This document shows, piece after piece, positions 45,244 through 48,976 of a DNA stretch of 48,976 nt (the stretch's first letter is position 1; the number at the start of each line of letters is the position of its first letter). Where the stretch lies: positions 1 through 48,976 of the IMG/VR virus record IMGVR_UViG_2541047786_000002; one strand, 5' to 3'. A program made the position numbers and the translations under genes. The notes beneath the pieces are model-generated. The model ran no database searches. It had not been told where the DNA came from and saw nothing but the letters and a program-made list of their open reading frames with translations. Source of the DNA: a virus. Its lineage: Duplodnaviria > Heunggongvirae > Uroviricota > Caudoviricetes.

Positions 45244-47307
45244 ATGACAGTAAAAATTTCTGGCGTGCTTAAAGATGGCACAGGAAAACCAGTACAGAAC
45301 TGCACCATTGTGCTGAAGGCCAGACGGACCAGCAGCACGGTGGTGGTGAACACGGTGGCCTCTGAAAATCCGGATGAAGCCGGGCGTTACAGCATGGATG
45401 TTGAGTATGGCCAGTACAGCGTCACCCTGCTGGTTGAAGGTTTTCCACCTTCACATGCCGGGACCATTACCGTCTATGAAGGTTCCAGACCAGGTACGCT
45501 GAATGATTTTCTCGGTGCCATGACGGAGGATGATGCCCGTCCGGAGGCACTGCGCCGTTTTGAGCTGATGGTGAATGAAGCGGCACGTCATGCCGGAGCG
45601 TCATCACAGAGTGCAGCGGCGGCAAAGAAATCCGAAACGGCAGCAGCCTCATCGAAGAATGCAGCGAAAACCTCAGAAACGAATGCAGCTAACAGCGCAC
45701 AAGCGGCAGCGGCCTCGCAGACTGCATCGGCAAACTCCGCGACAGCAGCCAAAAAATCAGAAACCAACGCGAAAAATAGCGAGACAGCCACAAAGGCCAG
45801 CGAAAAAAACGCAAAATCCAGCCAGACGGCAGCGAAAACCAGTGAGACGAATGCCAAAGACAGTGAAGCCAACGCAAAGGTGAGCGAAACAGCGGCGGCG
45901 AACTCGGCGAAAGCATCGGCAGCAAGCCAGACGGCAGCAAAAGCAAGTGAAGATGCTGCCAGAGAATACGCAAACCAGACAGCAGAGCCGTACAGATATG
46001 TTTTACAGCCGCTGCCGGATGTGTGGATACCCTTTAATGATTCGCTGGATATGATTACGGGCTATTCTCCGGGTTATAAAAAAGTGAAGATTGGTGATAA
46101 TGTGGTTCAGGTTGCCAGTGATAAACAGGTTAATTTCAGTCGCGCATCAACGGCAACATATATCAACAAATCTGGCGAACTGAAAACGGCGGAAATTAAT
46201 GAGCCACGATTTGAGTGTGATGGCCTGCTTATTGAGGGGCAAAGAACGAACTTCTTCCCGAACAGTACAGACCCTTCGAAGTGGAATAAGTCAACTTCAC
46301 TGGACGTTACAGAAACAGGCACAGATAGTTTCGGGTTTAATTATGGCCGGTTTGTCGTACAGGATTCGATTGTTGGTACAAGTAAAGCGCATACCATTAT
46401 CGGACTGTATTCGAGTACCGGAGGGGTTGATACTTCAGGGGACGAAAAGCATGTAACTATATCCTGTCGGGTAAAAAGTGAAGTTGATAATATCGCCGTT
46501 CGTATTTTATTTGAACATTATGATGGGGAGGTAAGGACATCAATAGGAGCAGCAAACCTGAACCTTACCACCCGCATAATTAGCAAGACAGGTCAGACAA
46601 GCCGTGTTACAGCAAGGTCTGTTAAGGATGATGCAACTGGCTGGATATTTTTTGAGGCTACATTAAAAGCAGATACAACAGAAAATACGGTTGGTGGTTT
46701 TGTCCAGTATTCTCCGGATACAGGGCAGATGGTTGCATCAGGGGATTATCTCGATGTAACCACTCCACAGATTGAGGCTGGTACAGGCGCATCATCTTTT
46801 ATTGTTACGGGGACGGCACCGGTAACGCGGGCAAGCGATATGGTTACAGTTCCGATTAAGAATAATCTTTATAATCTTCCTTTTACGGTTCTTTGTGAGG
46901 TACATAAGAACTGGTATAAAACGCCAAATGCAGCACCGCGTGTTTTTGACACATACCGGCATCAGGCAGATGCGGGGATCGTAATGGGGTTTGGTTCATC
47001 AGGTGGGTACGACGGTTTTCCGTATTGTGATATAGGTGGTTCAAACCGACGAATAAATGAAAATGCCGGGCTGGAAAAAATGCTTATTGGTATGCGGGTA
47101 AAGTCCGAACGGTCCACATGTGTAGTCAGTAACGGTAAGTTAAGCAGCGAAACTAAAACCAAATGGGAATATATCCGGAGTACAGCAACCATTCGCATTG
47201 GTGGACAAACTACAGCAGGATTACGCCATTTATTTGGGCATGTGAGGAATTTTCGTCTCTGGCATAAAGAGCTAACAGATGCGCAGCTTGGGGAGGTTGT
47301 GGAGTGA
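45244..47307 (+). CDS. stf: Side tail fibre protein Stf with divergent C-terminal (LamG/ConA-like?) domain
   Basis: N-terminal about 115 aa (MTVKISGVLKDGTGKPVQNCTI ... YSMDVEYGQYSV ... FPPSHAGTITVYE) matches recalled lambda Stf; Ala/Ser/Thr-rich repeat shaft; AT-rich C-terminal 430 aa ending FRLWHKELTDAQL. Confidence 0.8.
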   Translation: MTVKISGVLKDGTGKPVQNCTIVLKARRTSSTVVVNTVASENPDEAGRYSMDVEYGQYSVTLLVEGFPPSHAGTITVYEGSRPGTLNDFLGAMTEDDARPEALRRFELMVNEAARHAGASSQSAAAAKKSETAAASSKNAAKTSETNAANSAQAAAASQTASANSATAAKKSETNAKNSETATKASEKNAKSSQTAAKTSETNAKDSEANAKVSETAAANSAKASAASQTAAKASEDAAREYANQTAEPYRYVLQPLPDVWIPFNDSLDMITGYSPGYKKVKIGDNVVQVASDKQVNFSRASTATYINKSGELKTAEINEPRFECDGLLIEGQRTNFFPNSTDPSKWNKSTSLDVTETGTDSFGFNYGRFVVQDSIVGTSKAHTIIGLYSSTGGVDTSGDEKHVTISCRVKSEVDNIAVRILFEHYDGEVRTSIGAANLNLTTRIISKTGQTSRVTARSVKDDATGWIFFEATLKADTTENTVGGFVQYSPDTGQMVASGDYLDVTTPQIEAGTGASSFIVTGTAPVTRASDMVTVPIKNNLYNLPFTVLCEVHKNWYKTPNAAPRVFDTYRHQADAGIVMGFGSSGGYDGFPYCDIGGSNRRINENAGLEKMLIGMRVKSERSTCVVSNGKLSSETKTKWEYIRSTATIRIGGQTTAGLRHLFGHVRNFRLWHKELTDAQLGEVVE

Positions 47308-47582
47308 GAGATTTCACGTTGCGTTTCAGTGATAAAGCAGATTTCAGGGCATTTCTCAGGAAACTTAACTGGGAAGAGGACGAAGAGCTGCAGAATGCCG
47401 TTCTGGTTGATGAGATTGGTTTTACGTTCAGTGAGTCAGGTGTTTCTGCTGACGGGGAGCCTGAATACACGCGAGACGAAGGGTACTTTGTTAATATTCG
47501 TCTTCTTGACGATGGCTTTGATGAATCCGTGTTCCGTGAGTGGGTGGTTACACCAGAGCGCCCGCTCAGGGAGTGGTTTTAA
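47304..47582 (+). CDS. Hypothetical acidic protein (92 aa), coupled to stf
   Basis: GTG start overlapping the stf stop (GTGA); no family recognised. Confidence 0.4.
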   Translation: MRDFTLRFSDKADFRAFLRKLNWEEDEELQNAVLVDEIGFTFSESGVSADGEPEYTRDEGYFVNIRLLDDGFDESVFREWVVTPERPLREWF

Positions 47583-47591
47583 GGGGAGCAG

Positions 47592-47888
47592 ATGGATATC
47601 ACGCCGATACTTCATGCAATTTGTGCTGTGGCGGTACAGGGGCTGGTTGGGTGCATTACCGGTGACTGGGCTTATGGTGCAGCCATTGCCTGTACGTTTT
47701 TTGTTGCCCGCGAATATACCCAGGCAGAATATCGCTGGATTAAGCGTTTTGGTGATGGTCACCGACATAAGATGCCGTGGTGGGGCGGTTTTGATCCGCA
47801 CGCGTGGGATGTGGCAAGCCTGATGGATTTTGTGGTGCCGGTGGTGGCCTGTGCGGGATTGTATGGCTGTATGCTGATTTTTAGCTGA
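47592..47888 (+). CDS. Hypothetical membrane protein (98 aa), last phage-side ORF
   Basis: SD GGGGAGCAG; two hydrophobic segments. Confidence 0.45.
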   Translation: MDITPILHAICAVAVQGLVGCITGDWAYGAAIACTFFVAREYTQAEYRWIKRFGDGHRHKMPWWGGFDPHAWDVASLMDFVVPVVACAGLYGCMLIFS

Positions 47889-48005
47889 AAAAAAGGGAGC
47901 GCTCAGGCTCCCCAATCGGAAGAAATCGCTTGAAACGACAAGCTTGTTGTTACGCCCTCTAAGAATGTTATATAAAACATGCCATTGCCGTGATTATGAT
48001 CGCGT

Positions 48006-48338
48006 TTAATAAAGAGGGGGTAGCCCATATTTTGCACGAGCGCGGTTGCATGCTTCATTCACGATGCCGTGTTCTCCGGACATCGGAAATTCTCTGCAGG
48101 TGGATGAGCGATGTTCATAAATGCTGCAGTAGGCATTGACTCCCGGTTGGCCGATCAGGGCCACACAGCGAGGATTTTTCTGGTTAGTGCCCTGCATGCA
48201 TTGATGGTAGGGAGAGATTTGTTCTGTCATCGTTACGGGGATGGTGCCGCCAGCATCATCTGTTTCAACCCAGTAAAAAGAGACGCGGAAAAATGCACAA
48301 CAGGCACCACACGTCATACATGGATTAGGATTGTTCAT
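48006..48338 (-). CDS. ykgJ: YkgJ-family Cys-cluster protein (host gene)
   Basis: 110 aa with [17 protein letters not shown] ... RCVALIG ... [15 protein letters not shown] motif, resembling recalled E. coli YkgJ. Confidence 0.7.
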   Translation of the reverse strand: MNNPNPCMTCGACCAFFRVSFYWVETDDAGGTIPVTMTEQISPYHQCMQGTNQKNPRCVALIGQPGVNAYCSIYEHRSSTCREFPMSGEHGIVNEACNRARAKYGLPPLY

Positions 48339-48523
48339 ACTTTTATTGCTTTAGCATCAATGAGTTATTATTACAGATGTAACTGCAGAATTATGAATGG
48401 CATTCTGATATTTCTTTTATCATTTTGTTTACTTTTTATTTACTTTTGTAACTTGAAAAAGTGCTGTCTATGGTCAATTAATTATAATGCAATCTATGAA
48501 TTGCAATCCCATAATTACTTTTA

Positions 48524-48976
48524 ATGGTGACTACTATGACTAAATGTTCAAACCTTAGACAGCAGATTATGGATGATGTACAAAGAAGATATGGAGAATA
48601 TCTTGATAAGGATAAAGTATCTTGTATTACAAGCAAGATAGCTGCGGCAGAAAATAAATACCCAGCAAAAACTACATTAGCTAGTGCAATATTTTATATA
48701 AAAGTAGACACTCAGATCACCAGTGAAGGTGGAAAACATTTTTCGGGAAATGCAGGAGGATTATCATCTCCAGGTGGTGGTGTGCTGTTTGGTGACTTAT
48801 ATACAGATGATTTGGATGATCTGTATACAAATACGGTTAGCTTCCAGATAACAATGACCCCTGTATTTTGTAGTGTATTGTTTTTTGATTCTGCATCAAA
48901 TCTTTTGGGGCATTTCGAGGGAGGTGGTGTGTCAACAGTATCGGGTGTTGCAGGTGGCACAGGCTCGTGGTCCTGA
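48524..48976 (+). CDS. Hypothetical Gly-rich protein (150 aa), AT-rich host-side gene at window edge
   Basis: ORF ending exactly at the window end; Gly-rich C-terminus; no family recognised. Confidence 0.3.
   Translation: MVTTMTKCSNLRQQIMDDVQRRYGEYLDKDKVSCITSKIAAAENKYPAKTTLASAIFYIKVDTQITSEGGKHFSGNAGGLSSPGGGVLFGDLYTDDLDDLYTNTVSFQITMTPVFCSVLFFDSASNLLGHFEGGGVSTVSGVAGGTGSWS

Larger units (their letters stand above)
1..47950. mobile_element. Lambdoid prophage, near-complete (int through side tail fibre); left end beyond window, right junction somewhere in 47889..48005
   Basis: Collinear lambda-like gene order int-xis...repressor/cro...O-like...Q...lysis...cos...terminase...head...tail...lom-stf; host ykgJ-like gene immediately to the right. 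Confidence 0.9.

Noticed and set aside
45575-45883. Arg/Lys/Pro-rich 102-aa ORF and the overlapping minus-strand ORFs 45588..45872 and 45689..45973
   Set aside because: Alternative-frame artefacts of the Ala/Ser/Thr-rich repetitive shaft of stf.
1-48976. Insertion sequences or transposases, CRISPR arrays, rRNA genes
   Set aside because: No transposase-like ORF, terminal inverted repeats, repeat-spacer array or rRNA-like sequence was seen; the K-12 Qin IS2 disruption of ydfE is absent here.

Overview
The window is almost entirely one lambdoid prophage of Escherichia coli (about 1..47.9 kb), followed by host DNA (ykgJ-like gene, 48006..48338). It starts exactly at the integrase stop codon, so attL lies outside the window. 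All identifications are from reading the sequence and recalled protein families; no BLAST/HMM search was run and GC statements are by eye. The phage is a mosaic: (i) int-xis, a large DEDDh exonuclease, and a Qin/dic-type early-left operon carrying ydfD, dicB and the DicF sRNA; (ii) a CI-like LexA-type repressor divergent from a Cro-like/YdaT-like pair; (iii) an O-like replication gene with an internal iteron origin, then a nin-like run of small coupled ORFs; (iv) a hokD-type toxin, DUF968, rusA, Q, a pR'-tR' unit and two tRNAs (CAT, Arg-TCT); (v) a nanS-p-type esterase in Stx-phage arrangement but no stx; (vi) phage-21-type pinholin and SAR endolysin, Rz/Rz1; (vii) lambda-type cos and Nu1-A-W-B-C-D-E-FI-FII-Z-U-V-G/GT-H-M-L-K-I-J-lom-stf. 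The best candidate for an undescribed system is a self-contained two-gene moron at 12277..14145: an unknown 204-aa protein coupled to an HTH_XRE-ImmA/IrrE metallopeptidase fusion (HEXXH present), sitting in a known toxin-antitoxin cargo site. Secondary candidates are a two-gene insertion inside the lysis cassette (21512..22642), AT-rich cargo in the slot that stx occupies in Stx phages (17150..18636), and a structured non-coding insert between tail genes I and J.
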